Positions 55,313-64,000 of a stretch of 64,000 nucleotides of DNA are shown here, in pieces. Numbering within the stretch: the stretch's first letter is position 1; each line of letters opens with the position of its first letter. The position numbers and the translations under genes are program-made. The DNA is from an uncultured Alphaproteobacteria bacterium (GTDB lineage: Bacteria > Pseudomonadota > Alphaproteobacteria > RF32 > CAG-239). The DNA lies in the NCBI GenBank assembly GCA_944390265.1, contig CALXPK010000069.1, positions 7,322 to 71,321 of the forward strand. The letters are read 5' to 3'. The notes beneath the pieces are model-generated. The model was not told the DNA's origin. It saw only the letters and a program-made list of their open reading frames with translations, and made no database searches.

Positions 55313-56056
55313 ATGGAAAATATTATTTTTTACATTGAAAATGTTACCAGAGAAAAAAATTTATCTTCAAAATCTTGGCAAGAGATTGTTGATGATGTGA
55401 TTTTGCCCAAAATGGCAGGTCCTAAAGCCACAAGATGGTGCATCAATGATATGTATATGAACTTACTTGCCAAATTTGCCAGAGATATTTCAGCAAAAGA
55501 CTTAACCTTGGCGCCGGTTTTATTTGAAATCGGGTTGCAACGTCTTTCTTGCGGTGCGGTTTTGCATGACCCCACTCCTTGGCCCAAACCTCTGCCTGAG
55601 AAATATTGGGACTATTCTTCAAAATGGGATGAAAACCATGTTATGACAGATGGTTGCTACAATTTCATCATGGAAGGTTTTGAGCAATGCTTGAAGTTTG
55701 ATATGACGCGTTATCATGCTTTGAAAATTCTTTTCGGCATTATGCAATATACCGATGGAAAAGGAAACATTGATGCGAATTTCATGCTCGGTGATTTTAA
55801 GAACAATGCCGCTCAACTTTATCGCCGAGCTGAAAAATTGGCTGAGCAATATGCCTCTTTTGAAGAGATTTATCCTTATTACACCCGTGTCGGACAATGG
55901 GAAAAACATATGGCCTATCTTGGTAAGAATAAGGACAAAATCAACTGGAAAGACTTTTTTGAAAGAACTCAGGCGGTGGCAAAGAAAAACTTTATCAGTG
56001 CCAAACTTTTGAAAAATTCCATCCGTAAAAAAATTGAAAATGCCGCTTCAATGTAA
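55313..56056 (+). CDS. Hypothetical protein (247 aa)
   Basis: ORF followed by a strong terminator. No family recognised. Confidence 0.5.
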   Translation: MENIIFYIENVTREKNLSSKSWQEIVDDVILPKMAGPKATRWCINDMYMNLLAKFARDISAKDLTLAPVLFEIGLQRLSCGAVLHDPTPWPKPLPEKYWDYSSKWDENHVMTDGCYNFIMEGFEQCLKFDMTRYHALKILFGIMQYTDGKGNIDANFMLGDFKNNAAQLYRRAEKLAEQYASFEEIYPYYTRVGQWEKHMAYLGKNKDKINWKDFFERTQAVAKKNFISAKLLKNSIRKKIENAASM

Positions 56057-56071
56057 TTGTAACATTCCAAC

Positions 56072-56111
56072 AAAAAAGCTCTGATTTTCTTATCAGAGCT
56101 TTTATTTTTTT
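56072..56111. terminator. Bidirectional terminator between convergent genes
   Basis: AAAAAA-GCTCTGAT-TTTCTT-ATCAGAGC-TTTTATTTTTTT. Confidence 0.75.
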
Positions 56112-56556
56112 AATAAGGTTTTTTGTTGGTATCTTGGTACCAATCATCCATCACGGCGCGCGCCGAGCTCAAATCAATATGATGCAGGTTTATCACATCT
56201 TCTTCATAAAAAACTCTGTCTCTAAAACCAATGGCATCGGCATCATCGCGCGTGGCGGCATAATAAACTTCGGTTATATTTGCCCATTTAGCCGAGTTCA
56301 GGCACATCGGGCATGGCTCGCATGAGGTATAAAGCACACAACCGCTCAAGTCAAAAGTGCCCAGCTCTTTACAGGCTTTGCGGATGCAGTTGACCTCGGC
56401 ATGGGCGGTGGGGTCGTTGTCTATGACAACCGTGTTATGGGCTTTGGCAATGATTTTTCCGTCTTTAACAATCACGGCGCCGAAAGGCGAGCTTCCGCTC
56501 TCAATTGACAACTTGCTCTCATCAATGGCGGCTTGTAAAAAATCTGTATCAGTCAT
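56110..56556 (-). CDS. CMP/dCMP-type zinc deaminase (nucleoside/guanine/tRNA-adenosine deaminase family)
   Basis: Zinc motifs HAEVNCI and PCPMC. 148 aa. Confidence 0.8.
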   Translation of the reverse strand: MTDTDFLQAAIDESKLSIESGSSPFGAVIVKDGKIIAKAHNTVVIDNDPTAHAEVNCIRKACKELGTFDLSGCVLYTSCEPCPMCLNSAKWANITEVYYAATRDDADAIGFRDRVFYEEDVINLHHIDLSSARAVMDDWYQDTNKKPY

Positions 56557-56571
56557 ATTGGGCTCCTCGCA

Positions 56572-56604
56572 GCATAAAAAAGGCTTCTTTTAAGAAGCCT
56601 TTTT
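56572..56604 (-). terminator. Intrinsic terminator at the end of the ihfA-merR operon
   Basis: On the minus strand GGCTTC-TTAAAA-GAAGCC followed by TTTTTTATG. It overlaps the merR stop codon. Confidence 0.55.
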
Positions 56605-57009
56605 GATTTTGTTTAATGTTTGGGTTAAATCTTCTTTCATCTCTTTTAGTTCATCTATCAAACCGGTGATAAACTCGCGGCTCTGCAAATCTAGCTTAAC
56701 ATCGGGAATCACTTCTTCAAAAAAGTCTTTTTGAATCTCTTCTCCCAAAATGTTTTTCAAGCCTTTCTCCTTAAAGAGTTTTTGTACTCCTTCAATGGTG
56801 TAACGTTTGTTATACAAAAAATCTTTAATGGTTTTGACAATTTCAACATCGTCAGGGCGATAATAACGTCTGCCGCCGGTGCGCTTCATCGGCTTGATTT
56901 GCGGAAACTTGGTTTCCCAAAAGCGAAGCACATGGGTGGCCACGCCCAACTCGTCGGCGACTTCGGCTATGGTTCTGAATGCAGCTTTGCTTTTGTTTAC
57001 CGCCATCAA
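56590..57009 (-). CDS. MerR-family regulator conserved downstream of ihfA in Alphaproteobacteria
   Basis: [45 protein letters not shown]. Confidence 0.85.
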   Translation of the reverse strand: MMAVNKSKAAFRTIAEVADELGVATHVLRFWETKFPQIKPMKRTGGRRYYRPDDVEIVKTIKDFLYNKRYTIEGVQKLFKEKGLKNILGEEIQKDFFEEVIPDVKLDLQSREFITGLIDELKEMKEDLTQTLNKIKKAS

Positions 57010-57021
57010 TTTTCCCCTTTA

Positions 57022-57306
57022 TCAGGCGTTGATGATTTTTCTCATGGTTTGAGAAGGTTTGAAAGAAATTACGCGGCGGGAAGAGATAACGGCTTCTACA
57101 CCGGTTTTGGGGTTGCGACCGGCGCGGGCTTTTTTATCTCGCAAAGAGAATGTGCCGAAAGAAGACAATTTCACTTCATTGCCGTTGCTCAGTTCATTGA
57201 CGATTTCTTCCAAAATCATATCCAATACATCGGTCGAATCTTTACGAGACAAGCCGATTTCTTCATAAATGGTTTCTGCAACATCTGCACGTGTAATTGT
57301 TTTCAT
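57022..57306 (-). CDS. ihfA: Integration host factor subunit alpha
   Basis: HU/IHF fold with the arm RAGRNPKTGVEAVISSRRVISFKPS, and a position after fabH as in Alphaproteobacteria. Confidence 0.85.
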   Translation of the reverse strand: MKTITRADVAETIYEEIGLSRKDSTDVLDMILEEIVNELSNGNEVKLSSFGTFSLRDKKARAGRNPKTGVEAVISSRRVISFKPSQTMRKIINA

Positions 57307-57407
57307 GTTTATTATCCTCTTTATTTAAGTTTGTTGCAAACAAATAGCTTATTATTTTTGCTCTGACAAGCCTTTAATGACAACTTATCCAAAGCATTAT
57401 GTTTTTC

Positions 57408-58388
57408 TTATATACGGACTAATGCGCCGCCCCAAGTGAAACCGGCTCCCATGGCATTCAAGACAACCAAATCGCCTTTTTTGATGGTGCCATCGGTCAT
57501 TTTCTCGGACAAGGCCAACGGAATGGTGGCCGCAGAAGTGTTGGCTTGGTGGTCAATGGTGACAATCACTTTTTCTTCCGGCAAGCCCAATTTTTGACCC
57601 ACACCGGAGATAATGCGCACATTGGCTTGGTGCGGAACCAACCAGTCAATATCTTGAGCCGTAACGCCACCCATTCTCATCACTTCTTCGGCGGCTTCGG
57701 TCAAGCTGTTGATGGCATATTTGAAAACTTCTTTACCGTTCATCCAAATATAGCCGGCGGTTTGCGTGGTGGAAACACCGCCATTGCACAACAGATTTTC
57801 ATATTGTGTGCCATCGGCATATATCTTGGTGGCCAAAATGCCTGTATCTTCAGATGTGCCCTTGCCTTCTTTGGCGCGCAAGATTACCGCACCGGCACCG
57901 TCGCCAAACAGAACGCAAGTGTTTCTGTCGGTCCAATCGGTGATTTTGGACAAGGTTTCGGCACTGACAACCAAAACGGTTTTCATTTGACCTAAACGAA
58001 TCTTATTAGCGGCCATGGTCAAGGCATAAACGAATCCGGAACAAGCGGCGGAAATATCCATGGCGGCAGCACCGATACGCATACCCAACTTGCCGGCAAT
58101 TTTGGCCGAAGTTGCCGGTGTGGTGTTATCCGGAGTGACGGTTGCCAAAACAATGGCATCAATCTCTTCGGCCTTGATTCCGGCTGTTTGAATGGCCATT
58201 TGAGCCGCTTTCAAAGCCAAATCCGATGTATATTCATCTTTTTCGGCTACATGGCGACTCTTGATGCCGGTGCGGGTGCTAATCCACTCGTCGTTGGTAT
58301 CAACAATTTTGGCCAAATCATCATTGGTTAACTCTTTGGCCGGCAGATAATGTCCGTGACCGATAATTTCTGATCTAATACAAGTCAT
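57408..58388 (-). CDS. fabH: Beta-ketoacyl-ACP synthase III
   Basis: Active-site AACSGFVYAL, VPHQAN, and GAGFTWG. Confidence 0.95.
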   Translation of the reverse strand: MTCIRSEIIGHGHYLPAKELTNDDLAKIVDTNDEWISTRTGIKSRHVAEKDEYTSDLALKAAQMAIQTAGIKAEEIDAIVLATVTPDNTTPATSAKIAGKLGMRIGAAAMDISAACSGFVYALTMAANKIRLGQMKTVLVVSAETLSKITDWTDRNTCVLFGDGAGAVILRAKEGKGTSEDTGILATKIYADGTQYENLLCNGGVSTTQTAGYIWMNGKEVFKYAINSLTEAAEEVMRMGGVTAQDIDWLVPHQANVRIISGVGQKLGLPEEKVIVTIDHQANTSAATIPLALSEKMTDGTIKKGDLVVLNAMGAGFTWGGALVRI

Positions 58389-59436
58389 ATAATATTTCCT
58401 GTGATAATTCGTCTAAATCTACTTTTTCAATTTCTGATTTGATGGTTGCGACAAAGTTTTGTCTGACCAGATTGGCCGCATTGCTGACCGCAACCGAAAA
58501 GCCCAAAGCATCGGTGCCGCCATGGCTTTTAACGGTTAAGCCGTTCAAGCCGACCATCATGGCGCCGTTGTACAAACGCGGATCCATGGTCTTTTTGACT
58601 TTGAGCATGACGCCTAACATAAACGGCAAGCCAAACTTGGCCAAGAAAGAATGCTTGACGGCATCTTTGAGCAAACGCACAACCAATTTTGCGGTGCCCT
58701 CGATTGACTTTAAGGCAATGTTGCCGGTGAAACCGTCGGCAACCACAACATCGGCAATGCCGTTGGAAAGTTCGTGCGGTTCAATGTAGCCGATGAAATC
58801 TATGTTCATATGGGAGTGTTTCATCATGCGGGCGGCTTGCTTGATCTCCTCTTTGCCCTTCATTTCCTCGGCGCCAATGTTGAGCAAAGCCACACGTGGT
58901 TTTTGCAAATTTAAGGCATGGCGCGCCATAATATCACCCATCAAGGCAAACTCGGCCAAATTGATGGCATCGCACTCGGTATTGGCACCCAAATCCAACA
59001 TCACAAATTTGCCGGTGCGATGCGGCATGATGCTCACAATTGCCGGACGATGAATTTTGGTGATGGTGCGCAACACAATTTTGGAGATTGCCATTAAGGC
59101 TCCGGTGTTGCCGGCAGAAACAATGGCTTGAGCCTCGCCCTTGCGGACGGCATCTATGGCCATGTACATGCTGGTATTTTTGTTGCGGATAACCTGAGAT
59201 GGCTTATCTTCATTGTGAACCATTTCATCACAATGACGAAGTTCACAAACCTTTTGGAGTGCGGGAAATTGGGATAATATCGGCTCAACCTTGGTCTTGT
59301 CTCCAAAAAGCAAAAACCGAACATCGGGATTCTTTTTGGCGGCAATGGCAAGCCCCTCTATCACGACTCTGGGGGAATTATCTCCCCCCATTGCGTCTAT
59401 TGATATGACCAGATTACTAGACAAAACCTGCTCCAT
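58375..59436 (-). CDS. plsX: Phosphate acyltransferase PlsX
   Basis: IDAMGGDNSP and SAGNTGALMA. Overlaps fabH by 14 nt. Confidence 0.95.
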   Translation of the reverse strand: MEQVLSSNLVISIDAMGGDNSPRVVIEGLAIAAKKNPDVRFLLFGDKTKVEPILSQFPALQKVCELRHCDEMVHNEDKPSQVIRNKNTSMYMAIDAVRKGEAQAIVSAGNTGALMAISKIVLRTITKIHRPAIVSIMPHRTGKFVMLDLGANTECDAINLAEFALMGDIMARHALNLQKPRVALLNIGAEEMKGKEEIKQAARMMKHSHMNIDFIGYIEPHELSNGIADVVVADGFTGNIALKSIEGTAKLVVRLLKDAVKHSFLAKFGLPFMLGVMLKVKKTMDPRLYNGAMMVGLNGLTVKSHGGTDALGFSVAVSNAANLVRQNFVATIKSEIEKVDLDELSQEILYDLY

Positions 59437-59489
59437 ATAGATAATTGTGACACTTATTATGCGCTAATAAATGTCTTGATTTTTTTTAA

Positions 59490-59681
59490 TTATTCTTCAG
59501 CAGCTGCTTTTTTAGCAACAACTTCACGACCATCGTATTGACCGCAAGACGGGCAAACACTGTGAGGTCTTTTCAGCTCGCCACAATTCGGGCATTCCAT
59601 GTATGAATTGGGTTTCAAAGCATCATGTGAACGACGCATGTTGCGACGAGAAGGTGTTGTTTTCTTCTTTGGTGTAGCCAT
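59490..59681 (-). CDS. rpmF: 50S ribosomal protein L32
   Basis: [19 protein letters not shown] plus the zinc ribbon CPNCG...CPSCG. Confidence 0.95.
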   Translation of the reverse strand: MATPKKKTTPSRRNMRRSHDALKPNSYMECPNCGELKRPHSVCPSCGQYDGREVVAKKAAAEE

Positions 59682-59859
59682 TTTCTTATACTCTTACTCT
59701 TAAAATTAAAACACTTTCACAGCCATTAATAAACCATTTAGTTTTTTAAATCAACTAATAAAAACGGCTTTATGAACTGAATGACGTTTTATATAATATT
59801 TTTGCTTTTGGCAAGTCTTTTTTATCATATTTTGCGCTTTTGTTCGGTTTTTCCGCCGT

Positions 59860-60384
59860 TTAATCTTGTTTTTTGAGCTTTTTTAACACATTGAACGGAT
59901 TATTTGCCTCGGTTGTCTCTTCATCAAACTCGGAATCAAAGTGAAATTCCTCTCCTTCTTGACGCGGATTGTCATCCATCACGAGGGCCACCTGCTCGAT
60001 GGCGATTTGACCTAAGTCGATTTTGCCGTTGTCAAGCAAATAGGGTTCATCATCATAAATGTCAAAGTCAAAATCTTTCAAATCTTGCGGGGTGGCCGTC
60101 GTGTCAAAATAAATGGAAAACTCCGGTGAATAGGTCTTATAAAAATTTTCCAGACTTATCACGCTTTTGAGCTCAAACTCAGCATCAACCTCGCCCCAAA
60201 CATCCAAACGATGCTCTTTTTTCTTATATTTTAAAAATATTTCGGCTGAAAACGCACGCACGCTTTCTACCTTAAAAACATCTTTCAAATATTGTAATTC
60301 CTTATCATCGGCATGAAGATGATATTTTTTTTCCGCGGCGGTTAATTCATCTACCACCAAAGGATAAGAAAAAAGATTTTGCAT
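59860..60384 (-). CDS. yceD: YceD/DUF177 family protein
   Basis: Position upstream of rpmF, 174 aa, and an acidic C-terminal half typical of DUF177. Confidence 0.75.
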   Translation of the reverse strand: MQNLFSYPLVVDELTAAEKKYHLHADDKELQYLKDVFKVESVRAFSAEIFLKYKKKEHRLDVWGEVDAEFELKSVISLENFYKTYSPEFSIYFDTTATPQDLKDFDFDIYDDEPYLLDNGKIDLGQIAIEQVALVMDDNPRQEGEEFHFDSEFDEETTEANNPFNVLKKLKKQD

Positions 60385-60447
60385 TAATTTTTTCCCTGTG
60401 TTATAAGTTCTACAAAACTTTTATGATATAATAGCAAGGATGATGAG

Positions 60448-60909
60448 ATGTCAATAAACAAAATGTCTTTCTTGGGTTTGGCTTTGGCGGTTTTGCTTTC
60501 GGCTTGCTCCAGCGATTTGTTTTTAACCCACAACGGCAACATGCCTTCCAATGAACGCATTGCTCAACTCAAGCTCGGCGACACCAAAGAACAGGTTGTC
60601 AAAACCCTTGGCGCTCCTTCTTCCGTGGTTTCTTTTGACAAAGATACCTGGATTTATATGTCTTCTTCCATCAGACGTTTGGCCTTTATGGAGCCAGAAG
60701 AAGTCAGCCGCGATGTCTTGACAATTGAATTTAACAACGAGGGGCGCATTTCTAATATTGAACGTCTGACCAAGGCAGACGGAAAAGATATTGCCATCAA
60801 CACCGATAAAACCGAATCTTTAGGCCATGAACCCGGCTTCTTTGAAAAATATTTCGGCGGCGTGGGCGGATATTCTCCTTTCCCCGTGGTTGACCCCAGA
60901 GAGTTATAA
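60448..60909 (+). CDS. bamE: Outer membrane protein assembly factor BamE (SmpA/OmlA)
   Basis: Lipobox LLSAC and LKLGDTKEQVVKTLGAPS, and a position divergent from yceD as in Alphaproteobacteria. Confidence 0.8.
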   Translation: MSINKMSFLGLALAVLLSACSSDLFLTHNGNMPSNERIAQLKLGDTKEQVVKTLGAPSSVVSFDKDTWIYMSSSIRRLAFMEPEEVSRDVLTIEFNNEGRISNIERLTKADGKDIAINTDKTESLGHEPGFFEKYFGGVGGYSPFPVVDPREL

Positions 60910-60914
60910 AATTT

Positions 60915-60940
60915 AAGGCTCCATTACGGAGCCTTTTTTA
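60915..60940 (+). terminator. Intrinsic terminator after bamE
   Basis: AAGGCTCC-ATTAC-GGAGCCTT followed by TTTT. Confidence 0.7.
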
Positions 60941-60950
60941 TTATTCTAAA

Positions 60951-61625
60951 TTATTCCAAACCGACATCGGGTTCCACACCCTGCTCTCTTAAAATTTGCA
61001 AAATCTCGGCCAGATATATCTTTTCATTATAGCCCAAAAATCCATCGCTGATGCAGAGCTTGACCACGGTTTGAACCAGTTCTTCCGCTTCTTCCGGTGT
61101 TTTGCGGCTCAGATTTTCTACCGCTTTATAAAACTCTTCCGTGGTTGGGGTCAGTGCTTTCAGACAGCTTTCAACATAGTTTTTGCTCAAACTTTGCGGC
61201 TGGGGATGATGCTTTTTGATATATTGCAGAATGGTCTTTTTCTTGATATCGGAAAAATAGTCCACGCATTTGCCGATATAAAGCAAAATGATGATATCAT
61301 CTTTCAAAACTTGCAACAGCTCCAGATTGACCGGCTTGCTTTGTTGAGGTTGGGTTTGCGTCTGTTCCCGATGCGATTTGAACTCATTATAATCGCGCAA
61401 CAGAGCCGAGCATGAGGTATAGAGCTTTTCGGTGCTCAAATCCAAAACATCTTTGACATAAGCTGCATCTATCACTTTGGAGCTTTTATCTTGATAAAAA
61501 TATAAATCAAGCATGATGTTGCCGCCGTGGTCCCAAATGTTTTTCAACGCAATATTCTCTTCTCGCACATCATCTCCGGATTTGATGTGTGCCAAAAGAT
61601 TATAGAACATTACGTTTTCGGCCAT
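60951..61625 (-). CDS. Hypothetical protein, possibly with a TerB-like C-terminal domain
   Basis: Starts immediately after the mfd stop with no gap. The C-terminal KLCISDGFLGYNEKIYLAEILQILREQGV resembles the aDG.i...E...l motif of TerB-fold proteins. This is a weak call. Confidence 0.45.
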   Translation of the reverse strand: MAENVMFYNLLAHIKSGDDVREENIALKNIWDHGGNIMLDLYFYQDKSSKVIDAAYVKDVLDLSTEKLYTSCSALLRDYNEFKSHREQTQTQPQQSKPVNLELLQVLKDDIIILLYIGKCVDYFSDIKKKTILQYIKKHHPQPQSLSKNYVESCLKALTPTTEEFYKAVENLSRKTPEEAEELVQTVVKLCISDGFLGYNEKIYLAEILQILREQGVEPDVGLE

Positions 61626-64000
61626 TTAGTCCTCGAGTAGTTGGTTGAGTTTGTTGACATAATTTTTTATAGTTTCCACGCGCAGGGCATAACTGTCAAG
61701 ATTTTTCTCTATAAACAACTTCTGATCCGGACGAATCTTGACAGCACCGAACTGGCGGGCGACAAAGTCTATCAATTTTTCCGGTTTGGCGAAGGTGTTA
61801 TTCCGCAAGGTTATCAAAATGCCTTTGGCGCCGGCATCAATTTTTTCAATATTGGCTTTGCGGCAAAGTTGTTTTATCTCAACCGTCTTCAACAGGTTAT
61901 CCACCTCGGGCGGAATGGGGCCAAAGCGGTCTATCAGCTCTTCTCTGATATCATCCAAGCCGGCTTTGTCTTCAATATCGCCGATACGCTTATACAAGCC
62001 CAAACGCACGCCCAAATCTCTGACATAGGTTTCGGGAATCATAATCGGGATACCAGTTGTAATCTGTGGTGCCCAATCGGTTGCAACCTGTCCGGCGGCT
62101 TCTTTTTCGCCCTTCATACCTTGGGCCTTTTGGCGCATGATTTCTTCTTCCAACATATGTTGATACAAAGCCACACCCACTTCTTTGATGTGTCCGGATT
62201 GCTCCTCACCCAAGATATTGCCCGAGCCTCTTATATCCATATCGTGGCTGGCCAAAGAGAAGCCGGCACCCAAAGAATCCAAGGCCTGCAAAATGTTCAA
62301 TCTTCTCTCGGCAATCGGTTTCAAAGCCTTTTGCTTGGGCACGGTGAAATAGCAATAGCCCCTCACCTTGCCGCGGCCGACACGGCCTTTGAGCTGATAC
62401 AACTGAGCCAGACCGAACATATCTGCTCTATGCACAATCATGGTGTTGACGCTCGGCATATCAATGCCGGATTCAATGATGGTGGTGGAAAGCAGCAAAT
62501 CGGCCTTACCGTCGGCAAAATCATTCATCACGCTTTCCAGCTGTTTGACCGGCATTTGTCCGTGGGCGACCAAGATTTTGACATCCGGTACCAGCTCGCG
62601 CAATTCTTTTTCTACGCCAAAAATATCCGACACGCGCGGGCAGACAAAGAAGGTTTGACCATGACGGAATTTTTCACGATAGATGGCCTCTTTTATCATC
62701 ACCTTATCAAAAGGCATGACAAACGTGCGGGCGGCTAGTCTATCCACCGGCGGCGTGGCAATCAAACTCAGTTGCTTCACTCCGGTTAATGAAAGCTGCA
62801 AAGTTCTCGGAATCGGGGTGGCGGTCATGGTTAAAACATGGACATCCGACTTGATGGATTTTAACTTCTCTTTATGCGCCACGCCGAAATGTTGCTCCTC
62901 ATCAATAATCAGCAAACCCAAATTGCAGAATTTGATATCTTTAGAGAGCAAGGCATGGGTGCCGATGACAATTTCAACCGAGCCTTCTTCCAAGCCTTTT
63001 TTGGTTTCGGCGGCTTCTTTGGGCGTGACCAAACGCGAGAGCATTTTCACCCTAATCGGAAAGCCTTCCATGCGTTTTTTGAAGTTCATATAATGTTGAC
63101 GAGCCAGCAAGGTGGTCGGCACAATCAAGGCCACTTGCGCGCCGCAGGAAGCCACGGCAAAAGCCGCTCTCAAGGCCACCTCGGTTTTGCCGAAGCCAAC
63201 ATCGCCGCAGACCAATCTGTCCATCGGTACGGTATCGGCCAAATCTTGCAAAACATCATGAATGGCATTGAGCTGGTCATCGGTTTCGGCATAAGGAAAG
63301 CGCGAGCAAAATTCATCATACATGCCTTGCGGGGCAACAAAACTATCGGCTTTTTTCAAGTGACGTTCGGCGGCAATTTTAATCAGCTTTTCGGCAATAT
63401 CTTTAATCCGCTGTTTGACTTTGGCCTTTTTGGCCTGCCATGCCAAACCGCCCAAGGTATCCAGCTGGATATTGTCATCATCCAAGCCATAGCGCGACAA
63501 AACATCAATATTTTCAACCGGCACAAAAAGTTTGGCATCGTTGGCATATAAAATCTTCAAACAATCATGCGGGGCGCCACCGGCGGTGATATTCTCCAGC
63601 CCCATAAATTTGCCGATACCATGCTCAATATGCACGACCAACTCGCCTACGCTCAAAGAGCCGACATCGGCAATAAAATCTTTACTTGATGCTTTTTTCT
63701 TGACGGCGCGGTGTTGGCGCTCGCCCAAAACATCTTGCTCGGAAATAAAGCACAGACCATCGCCCCTGAAACCGTGCGGCAGGTTCAAAACCACCATGGC
63801 GGTGCGTTTATTTTCGGGGTGATTGGCGTCTTTCCAACTATCGGCAAAATATAAATTTTCAATGCCGTGCTCATGCATCAGCGTGAACATCCTATCGCGC
63901 GAACCTTCGGAATAACAACAGATTACGCGGCGAAGTTTATTATTTTCTTTAAGATATTCGCCAAGCTCGGTATAAACTTCCTGCAGGTTGACGTTTTTGG
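61626..64000 (-). CDS. mfd: Transcription-repair coupling factor Mfd (N-terminus beyond the right window edge)
   Basis: Walker A GDVGFGKTEVALRAAF, LLIIDEEQHFG, and helicase motifs through the TRG region. By hand translation the frame stays open from 63890 to 64000 (...KNVNLQEVYTELGEYLKENNKLRRVICCYSEGSRDRMFTL...). Confidence 0.95.
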   Translation of the reverse strand, partial: KNVNLQEVYTELGEYLKENNKLRRVICCYSEGSRDRMFTLMHEHGIENLYFADSWKDANHPENKRTAMVVLNLPHGFRGDGLCFISEQDVLGERQHRAVKKKASSKDFIADVGSLSVGELVVHIEHGIGKFMGLENITAGGAPHDCLKILYANDAKLFVPVENIDVLSRYGLDDDNIQLDTLGGLAWQAKKAKVKQRIKDIAEKLIKIAAERHLKKADSFVAPQGMYDEFCSRFPYAETDDQLNAIHDVLQDLADTVPMDRLVCGDVGFGKTEVALRAAFAVASCGAQVALIVPTTLLARQHYMNFKKRMEGFPIRVKMLSRLVTPKEAAETKKGLEEGSVEIVIGTHALLSKDIKFCNLGLLIIDEEQHFGVAHKEKLKSIKSDVHVLTMTATPIPRTLQLSLTGVKQLSLIATPPVDRLAARTFVMPFDKVMIKEAIYREKFRHGQTFFVCPRVSDIFGVEKELRELVPDVKILVAHGQMPVKQLESVMNDFADGKADLLLSTTIIESGIDMPSVNTMIVHRADMFGLAQLYQLKGRVGRGKVRGYCYFTVPKQKALKPIAERRLNILQALDSLGAGFSLASHDMDIRGSGNILGEEQSGHIKEVGVALYQHMLEEEIMRQKAQGMKGEKEAAGQVATDWAPQITTGIPIMIPETYVRDLGVRLGLYKRIGDIEDKAGLDDIREELIDRFGPIPPEVDNLLKTVEIKQLCRKANIEKIDAGAKGILITLRNNTFAKPEKLIDFVARQFGAVKIRPDQKLFIEKNLDSYALRVETIKNYVNKLNQLLED

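Noticed and set aside
57320-57345. Palindrome GTTTGTTGCAAACAAAT upstream of ihfA, considered as a possible operator or terminator.
   Set aside because: It would form a hairpin with essentially no loop and is AT-rich. No U-tract lies in the right orientation. There is no supporting context.
1-64000. Search for CRISPR arrays, IS elements or transposases, integrases, prophage genes, rRNA, and known defence-system hallmarks (reverse transcriptase, Cas, restriction-modification, TIR/STING/cyclase).
   Set aside because: I saw no spaced direct-repeat arrays and none of the corresponding protein motifs in any of the listed ORFs. The largest non-coding gap (36440-36977) is accounted for by the tRNA and its derived sequences. 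This was a visual scan, not a computational repeat search.

Overview
This is a densely coding 64-kb chromosomal window, roughly 90% coding by eye and mostly on the minus strand. Gene order points to an alphaproteobacterium. The conserved blocks are dusB-trkA-hfq-hflX, tpiA-secG-pyrG opposite ppiD, kdsA-recO-parC-fhs, yceD-rpmF-plsX-fabH-ihfA-merR opposite bamE, and mfd. The accessory genes look like those of an anaerobe or aerotolerant anaerobe: a HydE [FeFe]-hydrogenase maturase, a flavodiiron protein, a PerR-rubrerythrin pair, a CoA-disulfide reductase-rhodanese with an EFR1 ferredoxin, and a MerR-controlled Fe-ADH/cupin/CMD/flavodoxin operon. There is one tRNA, Pro(GGG). I recognised no rRNA, CRISPR array, transposase, integrase or phage gene. 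None of the items below is a proven new system; the ones most worth a second look are these. (1) The 300-nt non-coding stretch upstream of tRNA-Pro has its own promoter and contains decayed copies of the tRNA 5' half folded into a compact structure. (2) An AT-rich accessory block follows the tRNA; it includes an ABC-ABC-small protein-APH-like kinase operon, a 471-aa orphan protein and a frameshifted acyltransferase. (3) A 1334-aa membrane-anchored coiled-coil protein has a small partner gene that overlaps the dusB start. (4) A 59-aa ORF below the ORF-track cutoff sits 2 nt upstream of fhs. (5) A Panacea/DUF4065-like protein has no recognisable toxin partner. (6) A textbook MerR-type promoter with a 19-bp spacer drives a six-gene operon in which four products carry export signals. 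All protein calls come from reading motifs in the supplied translations. No database search, HMM scan, folding run or GC calculation was performed.
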